Below, piece after piece: positions 42,401-56,006 of a DNA stretch of 64,000 nucleotides. Location: NCBI GenBank assembly GCA_050084985.1, contig JBITNC010000001.1:20646001-20710000 (forward strand), read 5' to 3'. The DNA is from Nageia nagi (lineage: Eukaryota > Plantae > Pinophyta). A program made the position numbers and the translations under genes. Below the pieces are notes generated by a model. The model was not told where the DNA came from, ran no database searches, and was given only the letters and a program-made list of their open reading frames with translations. Numbering within the stretch: position 1 is the first letter of the stretch; every line of letters begins with the position of its first letter.

Positions 42401-44414
42401 TTACCTAAATTTTTTTACTTTGATGCAACCTTAAGAACTTGGTAAAAGGGAAAATCCAAACCTACATAGACAAATCAAGTTTGGTTATTCAATAGACCAA
42501 GTGGTACCAAAGTGCCAATGGCCATAGGAGACTCATACAAATGACCTACACCATGAAGAGATAAGATGTTAAATAAAATATCATTGATGGTATATTCACT
42601 AATGCTAATAATTTTAAATTGGACATCCACTCGAGATATATGCTCATGAACATATGTGGATGCCTCTTTCTTTTGTTTTTTAGTTACAACTTGAAGTTAT
42701 TATTTAACATAATTACTCTCCTATATTTGAGTAATCACACTTGGTTTACATGCAGAGGAGTGGGTTTGTTTATGTTTTTAATCTAGGTACTTCACTTGTG
42801 GCTTCTAAGAGATTTCTTCTTAAATTATATATAAGGTATCACAAGGGTATCTTGCTTATGCACCTCATAGATTATTGTTGGATTATCCTATTTTTGTGCA
42901 TCTATGGATCTTTGTTCTTTTTTTTAGGGACTAGGTTATTGATTGATTTGTATTTTACTTCTTGAAATTTTCCATTAATAATAGTACCAAGAGATAATGG
43001 ATCTTAGTTAATATGGATAATCTTAAGAAATATGTGGGTGGATGGAAGGATAGATCTATTAGGTAGCTTAGTAAGGTTAAAATAGTTGAAAGGTTCTTCA
43101 TCCATCCATATATAATGTATGATCCCATCCTAAATATATTTTACATAGCCATATAATATGGAAAGGATGCACTCCATCTCTATAATCCAATGTCTACCAA
43201 TTAGTAAGTTATATTGTTGTTCTTCCTTTATCACCTGAAAGCATGCATGAATAGTTTTGGATCCCAAAAATATAGGAAAAATAATGCTACCTAATGTATT
43301 ACACAACTAATTATTGAAATCTCATAAAATAAGTGTGGGGACCTTAAGATGTGATCAAATTAGGCTACGATTTATCGATGCTGATGAAGAAACCACACTT
43401 AAGGTTGATCCATCTACAAGTACCAATTTGAAATTTTTTCCATCAACTTGGGCTATAATGTGCAAGGAAGGATCCTTATACTTTTGATTTACAACATTAT
43501 GGATCTCATGCTGAAATAATGGAATGAATGGCTCTACATTTTCTTGCACACTCCTAACAAAGTTGATAAAAATATTAGTATTGGAGAAAATATAACTCTA
43601 TATTTTATAAAATATGATCCAAATCCTTTCTATGATGATGATAATTCTTTATTAGGTCCCATATAGATAAGTTTATGGGTGTAATTCTCAACTATTGCTC
43701 CAAGTTACTCTGTAACTTCTCCTTAACACCCTAATGTGCTAGAGAAGGAGGAGGAGGAGGAATATGATTTAGCATATTAATATAATCCCCCATATCCTCA
43801 TGATTTTTCCATTGGCTCTTTCCTTTTTCTTAGTATCGATTAGCCCTGGTGGCTACATTAACTATCCCTACAAAGTGCATTTATGCATGTGCCTATTCTA
43901 CTTCTCTAACTTGTTATTATTATGTTCCATAGTTATAAAGTGTATTCTAAGTAGATAAAGACTTATTGTAGTGCATAGTGTTACCAACTTAATTCACACT
44001 CTATTGAGGCAAGGGATTTTGATATAGTTACAAGTTGGTGTTAGGATTTAAATATGTACCATTAAGCACTAGCTTCCTTGAATCTAAGAAACTCTAAATA
44101 ATCATATATATATATATATGCAACAATTGGTATTATAGCCTTGTACTCTATGAAAATCATAAAACTCATCATCTTTATACCATGGTTTGGTGGCACATGA
44201 AGGATCCCATTGTACTTTCAATAATCTCCATAGTTTAGCATCATTAAGTTTTGTGAAGATCTTGGATAAAGGTTTCCCCAATGGCTCAAACTTCCTCTAT
44301 GACCTAGAAGACTTCCCCTATGCTTGATTCTGATTCCTACCCTATGACTAACTTTGATTGTAATATTAACTTGGTACATTCATTTGATTAGCTTGTTGAA
44401 CATTTTGCATTATA

Positions 44415-44441
44415 GGTGGTGGTGGTGGTGGTGGTGGTGGT
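44415..44441. repeat. (TGG)n microsatellite (poly-Pro on the gag strand)
   Basis: ggtggtggtggtggtggtggtggtg seen directly. Confidence 0.9.
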
Positions 44442-47400
44442 GCTTGGAGCATCAATTAATTTACTTGGGGCTTATCTCCATTAGTAGCATCACTCTTATA
44501 AGATCCATAACCATAATTATTATTTTCCTTATTTATCAACTTGATCTTAATATTATGAACCATCACCTCCTCTATAACCTTTACTTGGAAAATTGATACC
44601 TAAAAGGTCCTATGTTGTTGTATTTGGTGATAAGTAGAGATTTTCCATATGCAACTTTTGCTAAATAATCTCACCAACTCCTCTTGAGGAAAAGAGAATT
44701 TCATATCTATAATCAAATACCACCACCTAGCAACATAGTCATAAATAGATTCTTGATCAAACTAAGATAACTTCATTAGATATATAATGGAATCCCTCTT
44801 CTTGATATTGATAGAGAAATATTCAAGAAAGAGGTTTGCAAGCTTCTTAAATGTATACAAGCTATGTTGTGGTATTGCATTGTACCAATTCATAACTTTT
44901 ACCCTAAGAGTCATAGGAAAAGTTCTTAGTAAGAGATCATTGTCATTTGTAATCAAATAATAAGCATGTTTGCATTGCCTCAAATGCTCCTTTGTATCCT
45001 CTTTACTCTTGAACTTCTCTAGTTTAGGCATCTCAAACTTCTTTGAGGAAGCACTCATGGGAAGCCAAGGATTTATAGGCTCATTGCATATCTCCCCATA
45101 GATAACTTTAGATAATCCTAAATTATTTATCTTTGCTTATAGCTCTTGGAATATTCTTATAATTTGGATTTCATTATGCATATTACATCCTCCATAAGGC
45201 AAATTTGGTCCACCAGGGGATGGATTTGATCCACCATAATATTGATTTGGTCTATTGAACAAACTCACTTTCCTCTCAAAGGCATGTTCATTAGATTTGT
45301 AGAATGTGATTTCTTTTCCCTAATATGGTCCTTGTGCATTGTGCCCAATATTTTGATTATAACCCTATTATTGACCTTGGGGCTGAAATTAAGTATTGAA
45401 ATCATAACTCTATTGCATATTTTTTCCACTATTATGTTGTATATTATGATTTTTCCCTTGTTGTGTACCTTGTAAGATATTCTAATTTTTATTTGTATGT
45501 ACATCAGCCATCTATTTTTAATACATAAGATTTTGCATGTGCCCAATCAATTGTTGCATCTCTTCAATGGATGGAATTAAGGAATCTTATTGGGTATTTT
45601 GTTAGTTGGTATTTTATAATGGATTATAAGGGGAGTTTTGAGCTCCATAAAGGTTTTTACATTTTGTGGTTTGAGGTATTTTGAAATGGAGTAGTTTGAA
45701 AATGAACCATACCTTGGTTTGGCCCACTTTGGGTATTTTGTTTGTATTGCATAAACTATTGGTCAAGACCATCTCAATCATCAAGATTGGCTTGCTTAAA
45801 TTGATCAACATTAGGATTTCGGCCTTATGGATTTATGTTCCAAGATACTTGTTTTGTGAATTTTAGAAATTATTGGCATTAGTGTTTTGGATATTTGGTG
45901 ATTCTTGGAAGGAAATGTATCGGTAAGATTAACTTTATTAGAATTCATTTCCCTTTGGAATGGTAAAGGTAAGTTATGTTAAACAACATTTTGGAAGTTG
46001 GGTATTATATTTTAAAAGTATTATTATTCAACTTTAGGTGAAGGTTGAGGGATTATGGGATTTTCTTATGATAATCTCACCTTGACCAACATTTTATGCA
46101 ATTGGCATTTTTGGTGGATTGGGACCATTTTATGATATGATTGATTGAGGAATATTATTTTGCATTTTATCCATAATCTCTTTATACAAATTGCATTCAT
46201 TTAGATCTTTTTTATTAAGTTTGGGAAGAGATAAAAATATACCAATACTAGCTTGAGGCACACTTCCATTCATTATGGAACTATTATAATTATCCAACCA
46301 AATTAGAATGTCTCTAGGCATTTCAAAAACTTATGGAGAAGCTTGTGGTGTAGGACCACCTAAGTTGTGAACTTCCTTCATCACTCTTGCCATTTTATTA
46401 GGTGTAAAGTGTTGAAAGTTTTGGAAATCCTTGTGAAAACTAATGGATTGATTATTTATACTATTTGTTAAATCATCCTTTATCTCAATTTCATCCTTCA
46501 TTTTTCTTTAAAATCTTATATCCACCATTCCCACAAGGGAACCCTCATAGCATATTGGATCCTTAAATAGATCAAGCTCCATTTTCACACAACTACAATG
46601 TGGAACTTTTACAAACTATGAGTATAATGGAAGTGAAAGTACAAAGAAGAATGAAACAAATACCAAATACAAAGCTTATGATTTTTTAAAAAATTATTCT
46701 TATTTAGTTTGATGTAAGATTGAAATAAATACTTAGGGTGATGATGGAAAAACTATATGAATAAAGCAATGATTATCGATAGCAATTTTCTCTTAGTTGC
46801 TCTAATCTTTTTTTGGTTCCATTTTGACTCTTATTATTTTAGTTTTGATAGATTTTAATGCATTTATTCTTTTCAACATAGCCTTTTTTATGTTTCCTTG
46901 GACACAATGATTCTATTCAAGTGTTTATCAAGGTAAAGGATCAATCTTGTAGGGGTGTAGATCATTTTGCAATGGTTCTTTAGTACCCTCCATAGGAAGC
47001 TATCTCAAATGGAGGGGGTGATCGCACTTTGGTTTTCATCTCCAATTATGGGTCAGGTCATGGTAATCAAGTCCACATACCTTAGTAACTCCCTAGGATT
47101 TTGATGCACTTTAGTATAAAAATAAAATATTAAGTGGACATAACTCCATCAATAATGGTTGCAATCCCTTCCTAAATATGCTTTTTTTCAACTTTTTCAT
47201 TTTCAATTGAAATGAAGTAAAGCAATAATTTTCAATGCACTCAACAAAGAGCAAGCAAGTTCCCAACAAGTAAATAAATCTTTATTCAAGATACAAATTT
47301 TAAATCCGATGTAAATTTCTTATGTATGCAACAATACCCTCCAAGGATGAATGCAATTTTGCTACTACATAATACAAAATAAGGCAAGCCTAGGATATGC

Positions 47401-48317
47401 CAAGTAGTGGAATATATGAACCAAGTGTGAAAAGGAATTCAAAATCTTACCTAAACTCAAACATTCCCTCCTAATCTAGGTGTCAAGCTAAGTAGGTTAC
47501 AAGTCCCTCCCAAATGAGAGCTCTTTAAATAAACTAATACAATCACTAATGAAAACTAGTAAAAATGAAAGCAACAATGGATGCACACTCTATCACGAGC
47601 ATAAATACATCCCATACATCATTACATAACTATGTTTAGCTATGATAATCCAAAAAAATCATCCTATTACAAGTTTTTCACTAAAAATTAAAAGTGTTGA
47701 GACACACTAGTCCTAGACACAATCTAAACCATGTCTTGACTGAGAAAAAGTGGTCTCTATTTCTAGGCACAATCTAAACTATATTTGGTCTCTAACTTTT
47801 CTAAGAAAAGTGGGTCTGTTTTTAGGGTCATGATGTGCTTGGGGATGATTCTAGAGCTCAAAATGCTTTATTTTTTAAATGCAATGCACCTATGGTTTGG
47901 TATAGTGTGCTTAGGGATCTAGCACCTAGGCATAGTCTACCTAGTATTGGGTATGATGCATCTAGCTTTTGGTCTCTAGGGTATGGTATGCTTAGTATGG
48001 GGCATAGTGCACCTATCCTGAAATGCATTTTTGGTTCTAAAATTGCTCTAAAACCTCTCTATAGCTTTCTACCTCTATTTCTAGGTATAACATGACTATG
48101 ATTAAGCCTGAATTAAATCTTATCTAGGTAAAAAGTAATGGATCAAAGCTCCAAATCTCATATATGGTCCATCCCTCTCCTTATATTATCTTATCAAAAT
48201 CTTATTCAAAATTGATCATAAATTTCATAAGCTTTACATACTTTTTCCACTTAGGTGGGTTAAAAATAAGAAAATCAAAATACAAAGGAAAATACCAAAT
48301 TCAAAGGTTGTTGTTGG

Positions 48318-48335
48318 TTCACATCGAGTTCACAA
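48318..48335 (-). promoter_or_regulatory. Primer binding site complementary to tRNA-Trp
   Basis: TTCACATCGAGTTCACAA versus the plant tRNA-Trp 3' end as I recall it (TTCACGTCGGGTTCACCA): 3 mismatches, two of them G>A. It is 5 nt from the LTR. Confidence 0.65.
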
Positions 48336-51300
48336 TTTAATGTAGATCAAAATTTATGCTATATATGATCTAACATGCATAAATAAGTCAAATTCATACA
48401 CAAACCTCAAATTACATAACTATGCTTTTCTTAATGAGTATTAAGTTGAAAATTTTATAAAGTTATGGTTGCATCTTTGGATAATAAGTTAAAACTTTAC
48501 AAGAATATAAAAAACCCTTAAATGCATCTAAATGGGAAGTCATACCTCCAACCTAGGCTCTTTGAGGAACCTAGGTGGGCATGGAGCGAGTCTCCTCTCT
48601 CCAAATGGCATGTGAGCCCCCTATCCCTTAAATAATTGAGAAAAAATGAATTATATATGCCTATTTATGCAAATGCTTATATATAAATGCTCTTTGAATA
48701 ATTTATATGGTGGATTTAAACTATGGAATTGATATTTACATGTTTAGGTATTTAAAATTGAGATCTAATACATAAAACCCTTTAAAACCTTAAATGTTTA
48801 AAAATGAAGAGATCTTTATAGATACTTGGGTCAATTTGATCCAAGGATACTCATAATATCTGATGGATATTCACAACATATGTTTAAGCTATTATTAATT
48901 TACACAATAATTTTAATGATGGAAACATTAACTAATATGATTTTAATGTAAATAGAATACTACATGCATACAATTTTGTGGAGGATAGAAAGGTAGCTCT
49001 TCCCAAGCTCTTCCATGGTTGTATTATCTTCAAATTCCTACAAAAACCTTGAATACACCAAATACGTACAATAATAATTCAATTTAACCCTAGAAACACC
49101 ATAGAAATATCACCTCATGAGTTTGGAACCAAGCTTTAAGAGATTCGATGAAGAATTATGGAGTAAATTATTGATCATTCAAACCTATGTCTAAAAACCC
49201 TAGCAATATGATCTTGGATCAATGTGTGGTAGCAAAAATCATAAGTGTATAAGAGAAAAAGAATTAGGAGCACAAATGAATTAGGAGAGGAATTTCTAAT
49301 TTCACTTTGATTTATATACCTCTTGAGACAACTTAAATTATTTAGGTTAGATACCCACTTTTGCTCATATTTGTATTTTGGATTTAAGTCACTTTTGCTC
49401 TATTTTGGATTTTTGAATAGTTTGATTTTGCACAATAAGATATTAAGAGTAAATAAAATAATAAGTTAAGGCATATCAATGTAATAAAACATATCTACTC
49501 AAAAAATGTTATTTTTTAGTATCTATAGAAACACTAAATGCATAGGAATCACAATCGAATACCCTAAGGTGTGAGATGTTATGTTCATTCCCATCCATGC
49601 CTCATATGGGGTTTTGCCTTCAACTACTTTCATAGGGAACTTTTCAATGTGTATATCGTAATGCTCATAGCATCATCCCATAAGAAACTAAGGAGATTTC
49701 CCAACATGTACCTCACTATTTTTTGAATGGTTCTATTCTTTCTTTTGGTAACAACATTTTGTTTAGGGGTGTAAGGGATCAAGAACTATCTTTTGATCCT
49801 ATATTTAGTATAATAATCATTGAACTCATTGTATTATATTCACTCATATTATCATATCTTATTATATTGATTTTGAATTTAGACTATTTTTCAACTAAGG
49901 ATTTGAAATCATTGAACCTATCAAAGGTTTGATCCTTGTGCTCGAGTAAATACCCAAATGTCATCCTACTAAAGTTATCAATGAAACTCAAGATATAAGA
50001 TTGTTCCCCAAGAGACGTAGTTTGAAATGGACTCATCAAATCTGAATGCATAAGCTGAAGAGGTTATGTTACCTTTGTTACCTTATATTTCCCAAATTAT
50101 TACCTATTTATCTTACCTAAGATGTATTTCTCATAAAGACCAATTATGGATGATATTAAAGAAAAACCTTCCATAGGTTCTTGATTTTTCATTACTTGAA
50201 TACTTTTATGGTTAAGGTGGCCCAATCGATGCTGCTAAATATTTCCCCTAGAGCAAACATTCATAGTAAGGAACATCTTTAATGGCATTTAATCCACTAT
50301 GTAGGGATCATATTTCACTAACCCTTTCACCAAAGTGGAAAGTACATTCATCATGGACCAAAAGTGTGATTTGAACTCAAATGAGTATCATTTCTTTGTA
50401 GCTTGAATTATGGAAAAAGGGTTCATAATGAGTTTAATCAAATAGAGAATATTTTCAAGAATTTTCCCTTACAACAACACACTCTCAATACCTTGGACTT
50501 CAAATATTGAATTATCACCTATCACAACTACATCTTTTCTATACTTATAAAAAGTTTCAAACTTAGTCTTTTCAAAATACATATGATTCATGCACCTAGA
50601 ATCACTAATCTAATCATTTGAGAAGGTGTAAGACTTGGAGTAAAGACTATAAACAAAAGTAGATTTATTATTATTATTCTTACCTTTGAAGTTGTTTGAT
50701 TTTTCATATCCTTTGGCACCTTGTTATTTCTTTTTCTTATAGCAATCTCTTTTCTTGTGACTATAGATGCCATAGAAATTATAATTTCTATCAAATTTAG
50801 CTTTGAATTTAGTAAACTTGTTGTGGATATTCTAATGTTTATTTTCACCTTTCTTGAAGTCCTTTTTTGGAGTATGGGAAGACTTATTTTTGTTTTTTAA
50901 GTGAATCTTTATTGGTCCTAGTACCACAGAATACTTTTTAGGAGAGGAGACCAATAACTTTTTGTTTAGTGTTTCCTCATGTTTTATAAGAAAGCTTGAA
51001 ATCTTTTTCAAGGAGAAAACTTTTTTATCATTGAGCCTTATCATAATGACTATCATAAAGTAACTAAATTTAGAAGAGAGACTTGGAAGGATAATGAATA
51101 CCATAAACTCATCATTGATCCAATTGCAGCCACATCCCATAAGCTAGGTCATAAGATCAATAATCTTGTTTAATTATATTATAATACTTTTATTTTTATT
51201 TTTATGTGATTGCAATAATTTTTTAATAATGGTGAACCTTCTATATAATTTAGTGCTAAGGTAGATTTCTTCAATCTGTCCCAACCATCCTTTTTAGAGT

Positions 51301-52828
51301 TTGAGAAAAAGATCATGAGAAGGAATTCATCTAAAACTACATGAAAGATCATAGAGACTGCTAACTCATTATTTGTGTTTTAAGCCTCAAGTGCCTTCTT
51401 AGTTTTTGGAGAAACTTGATTTTCATTTTTGATTTGCCATATTTTCATGCTTAAACCTCTAATTTCATCCTAGTTTCCCAAATGTTGTAATTGGAACCAT
51501 CTAGAATGTGTTTGGGTAAAAAAAAGTCTCCCATTTGCTATAAAAGAAGATGAAAGTATTAATCAATGTAAGCATATTAAATTTTATAATTAAACATTAA
51601 TCAACAATACATGTTGAATTAATCAATAGCAATCAACAAGGTATGATTAAATTGTTAACCAATTTTACATGTATAAAATGTTTTTAATTTTATTAAAGCA
51701 TATATTGCATACATCCAATATTTTATCATAACTAAGTAAATTTATTCTATAGAGGATAGAGTTGAGATTATTTTCTTATTTAAAACTATATCTTCATCTA
51801 GATGTCCATATGCAAAACTTGGTAATAAAATTCAAGCCCTGATAGAGCCTAAGTTCTACCAATCCTCAACCAGTTCCCCTATGTTGAGCAATATACTCTC
51901 ATAAGGAGAAATACAAGATATTTTACAAGCATGTGATGTATGTTGGATTAATAAAATTATTATTTTTATTAGGTTTCAAGTTATCCTCTTAGGTTATCAA
52001 GATAATTCTTGAATGGATGTGCAAACATGTTGTATCATTACACACATTCCTATCCACGTATATGATGTTATGTCTATAACAACAGAGGACTTAGGAAAAA
52101 TTAAGAAGTATAAACTTTACATCAATTTTTATTAAAAAAATGAAGGCTCCAATCTACCTTGTCCTCCCCTCGTAGATTCCCAAATAAGTCATGTTATGTG
52201 ATAAAACATGTAAATGTGTTCATTTTAGGGGTGTGCTTTCATGATTTATGATATCTATAAGAAAACACAACAAAGGTGCATAAAGTAAAGTGCTTAAAAT
52301 GATACATCATTCAAGAATTTAAACCTAAAAGTTCATCATTCTTTTAAATGAAATCTAAGAGTATCTAATAGGTTTTATCATAACCCCAAAAGGAGCTCTT
52401 TAATATTATATGAGTTTATTATTTTTAAGTAACAATTGAGTCCTCCCTTTTTACTTAAAAACTTGAACTTGTTATAATAATTCTCTTCTTTTTACCAAAG
52501 CATCAAAAAACTCCTTTACTTAAGGGAACAAAATCCCTTCTCTAAGGATAAAGTTTCAAAAAAACAAATCTCCCCTTTTAAAAAAATTTGCACCTTCATA
52601 AGTGATAACATATTTTTCTTAAAAACACTTAGAATTCCTTATTATACTTTCTCAAAAATTAACACCTTGCTTTAATATTTTTCCCCTTAATTTTTGAGAA
52701 AAAAATTATTTAAAAAATTACACCATGCTTAAGTTTTCTCTTTAATTTAATTAAGTTAAAAAAAAAAACTCAAAAAATTTGCATAGCAATAACATATAAG
52801 TAATTTTTTCAAAACAAATTGAACACCT

Positions 52829-54200
52829 CACTATTATATTTTGGTCATTTTGCATCAACCTATGCATCAAACAAATGTATTTTGATGCTATGATGCAACA
52901 AATGTCACTGTCTAGAATGCCTGCATCAAAGGATATTGAACAAATATTTTGATGCTTTTTTTATGTTTCAGATGACATGTTGAGTGATAGTTTTTTTCTT
53001 ATAAAAGTGATGTTTAGTTTAATGCTTATTTTAATGTAGTTTTTTTATATGTTAATGATGTTTTATTTGATAATATATTTGACATATATTTATTATAAAA
53101 AATGATGCTTTATTTCATGTTTTTTTGATGCTTTATTACATGCAAATTTAATTTTTTATTTGACATTTAAGTTGATGATTTTTATCAAGTTTATTTTGAT
53201 GTTATCTTCATGATTTTCATATATAGATTGCATGAATATTTGTTGTAATATATAGCCTATATATTGACACGGTGTTGAATTCTTTGGGATGAGGAGGTGG
53301 AGTGGTGACAAAGGTAGTTCTAGTTTTGGTTATAAGGTTAGTGGTTATGATTCCCAAGCCAAATCTTATGAGAGACTATCTCATCTATTTATGTGTATTA
53401 TATTAATCATCTTCTTGCTAAATATGAAACCATCATGGAATATTGGACATGCAATTTTGGAAAGTCCAAGTGAAGATTTATTAGAGTAACACAACAAAAT
53501 ATGTCATAATGAATTGTTTGTTAATAAGGGATTTTGTTGATTAATTTTAAATGGCTTATTTTTATAAATATTTAAAGTGACAATGTAATAAGCAAATTAC
53601 ATAACATTCATAAAAATTACCACAATTAAAATATATAATGTTTAATTCATCAAATGTAATATTTTAATCATCATTATTATCTTCATCAGTAATACATACA
53701 TAATATGTTTTCCTCTAGGATTATAATCAATTACAAACTAAATCTTTTCATCCAATAGATTTGGATAGAAAAATATTTGATTACAATGTTATGGTTAAAG
53801 ATAAAGCTCTTTTTCTTGAGGTAAATATCGTGTGGAGTTTATTTCATAATAACCACTACAAATATCATACAACATTATTCTTCTATTTACAAATCCTTTA
53901 AACCATTTACATTTAAATACTACACACTTGAATGATCTAAAATTCAATTATAAGATTTCTTAAATCTTTCCAACATATTATATTTTTTCTTCTATCAATT
54001 TCATATCTTTTGTACTTACACAACTTGCTTGGTCAAAAATAACCATCACTCCATAGTCAAATTTCATTCCATTATTATCTTTATTTTTAATTCTATAGTG
54101 TTGACGATATACCCACATTGTAGAGAAAGATAATGCTTGCACACACTTACATGTAAATGTTATTAGTGTAATCATTATATTTATATTAACTACAACTATA
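52829..54200 (-). mobile_element. Second CACTA remnant: CACTA-like end, subterminal repeats and DUF4216-like transposase C-terminus
   Basis: CACTA at 52829 followed by repeated TGCATCAA/TTGATGC in both orientations. Minus-strand FDYGVMVIFDQ...YVGKI*EI...VVFKCKW at ~53900-54100. Confidence 0.65.
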
Positions 54201-55219
54201 TTATAAAAATATTTAAACTTAGATGCATATGAATAAATGAATAATTACCTCATAATTGCATCCATCAGCTATATTTAAAGCATATTAATAATTTTTTTCT
54301 TCTACAGCTAATTTCTCTTCAACTACTTATTTTATCCATGACTTTGAACACTCTTTTAGCCAATTTTCTAAATGTATATCATATTTGAATGTATTTCATA
54401 TTAAATTTTTAAAATATATTTTTAAATAAAGGATTGAACTTGATTTAAAATAATATAAGTAATTTAAACCTAGAAGTTTGATAATTGACTTATTGCTAAT
54501 TATTTTCTAAGGATGGGATTATGGATTATGTTTGCTTTATAAATCTTTTTAATAAAGTGATTAGACTAAAAACATTACTCGATGATATTATTGTCATAAT
54601 ATCCATGGCTCCCCAAGATATGGGCATGGAGATGCCATGCAATATGATAGGCCTAACTGATAGATATGTGTAGGATAGTGTCCCATACCCTTGATAGGTT
54701 ATTAGACAAGGGTAGGAATTGATAAAATTATAGTTACTAGATAAGGGTAACTAGTAATCATACCCCTTGTTGTTAAGCACATAAGCATATGATGATTGCT
54801 CCATAAGGTGATGACACTGAACCCATATCATATGGAAATTTCTTTAAGATATAATCTATTTGCACCTATGATTGCAAAGGGTTATTCATTGACTGAAAAT
54901 GCCTAATCTTATGGAAAAGCATTATCTTGGATGATATAGGCCACAAGAAGAAAATCACAATGTTGTGACCACATTGTTCATTGTATAATTTAGGGAAGAA
55001 AATAGTGGGATCACATGTATGGCATCTCCACAACGAGATGAGCATTATGAAGTGAACACCAACTAATTTTTTATCAAGTTTGGTTAATTTGAATTTGACC
55101 AATGCTCATGTAGATTGCCTTTTCCATTCCTAAACCATTTGAGTGTTCAAATTAAATTAAAAAAAATAAGGTATGAAATTTTAGAGTTTTGGTAAAGTCA
55201 AGAATAGATGAAGTGTTAC

Positions 55220-55600
55220 AATAATAGAAGGTCCACTGCATGTAATACCTTCATTACTGTACTATTCATATCTTACTTGAATGCTCATTATGTTAGAAAA
55301 ACTAACATAGTTCTAGAGGTAGAATGGGCTTGCTGGAGTTCTATTCCTTATTCTTCATCATTTTCATGTGATAGCTCTTCTACCAACTTGCCCTTGATTT
55401 TTGGAAGTAGAAAAGTGAAAAAAAAATCTTAGCCCATTTGTAACTCCTAAAACTATCAAAGAAATATTCACTCTAATACCCTTGTGGTAACCACTGTCAA
55501 CTTTCACTTCGTGAGTTCTCTATGTTGCATATAAAAACCTGAAATCTTCGATAATGAATCCTACTTTGCCTACTACAATGGATATTTTGTGGTAGGTGGT
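55220..55600 (-). pseudogene. PHT1: Second, more diverged PHT1 3' fragment
   Basis: Aligns to ~59540-59935 (ORF 55208 mirrors ORF 59483). The 3' UTR has a deletion, and the 5' side stops abruptly at AGGTGGT. Confidence 0.9.
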
Positions 55601-55774
55601 TTTAAACCTTCTCTAAAGGATTTTTTAAGGTAGGTTTTGGGACCCTACATAGGTGGTTTTAAACTACTACCTTAGGGAACAACCTTTTGGTGTTACCCAC
55701 ATAGACAATGAATGGATAACCATCACTAAAGAGATTTAAGGGTGATTTTCAACCATCCACTTTTTAGTGTAGTG
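55594..55774. mobile_element. CACTA terminus with subterminal repeats
   Basis: Ends ...TTTTTAGTGTAGTG (reverse complement CACTACACTAAAAA). Repeated AGGTGGTTTTAAAC units. Confidence 0.7.
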
Positions 55775-56006
55775 AGTAACAAATGATGGATAAAATAACA
55801 CTCCTTTTAAACTTCTTTAGTGATGCAAGTAATCTGATCCAAAGAGATTATACTCATATCCTAAAAATTTGACAATTTCATGGAATGCAATGATTGTAAT
55901 ATATGTAGAAATATATTTTCATCAAATATTGTGGTTGTGAATGCTATGACAAATATGCATGCAAAATATAAAAAAAAAAATTACATAAGGCTCGAGATTA
56001 ATTTTA

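Larger units (their letters stand above)
31364..49527 (-). mobile_element. ~18 kb Tat/Ogre-like Gypsy element with both LTRs
   Basis: Aligning LTRs 31364-32537 and 48341-49527; TSD GATAC/GAAAC. gag FEMPKLEKFK...LLRTFPMTL (44762-45058); protease at ~43150-43450; G-patch GLGLYEQG at ~42310-42340; RT at ~40870-41800; RH (ORF 40584); archaeal-type RNaseH EYEAFILGL...IYGDS (ORF 39945); integrase at ~38600-39800. Confidence 0.92.
23484..51850 (-). mobile_element. Ty1/Copia element split into three pieces by two nested Gypsy insertions
   Basis: 3' LTR ~23484-24055 (minus strand starts TGTTGGAAT; PPT-like TAAGGGAGCA; TATA at 23781). RH/RT-end at 24790-25457 (KSTSTYMF...SWTSKK). RT at 30207-31363 (KYKARLAAKSFSQ, KFGMEECKP). 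Integrase/protease/gag at 49528-51540 (TPYEAW, LMHSDLMSP, HRLGHLN, DSRCMNHM, zinc knuckle). Protein homology resumes across both insertions. The 5' end is uncertain (GCCCTGATA PBS-like remnant at ~51837). Confidence 0.85.

Noticed and set aside
44354-44596. ORF with poly-Trp
   Set aside because: Antisense reading of a (CCA)n poly-Pro tract in gag.
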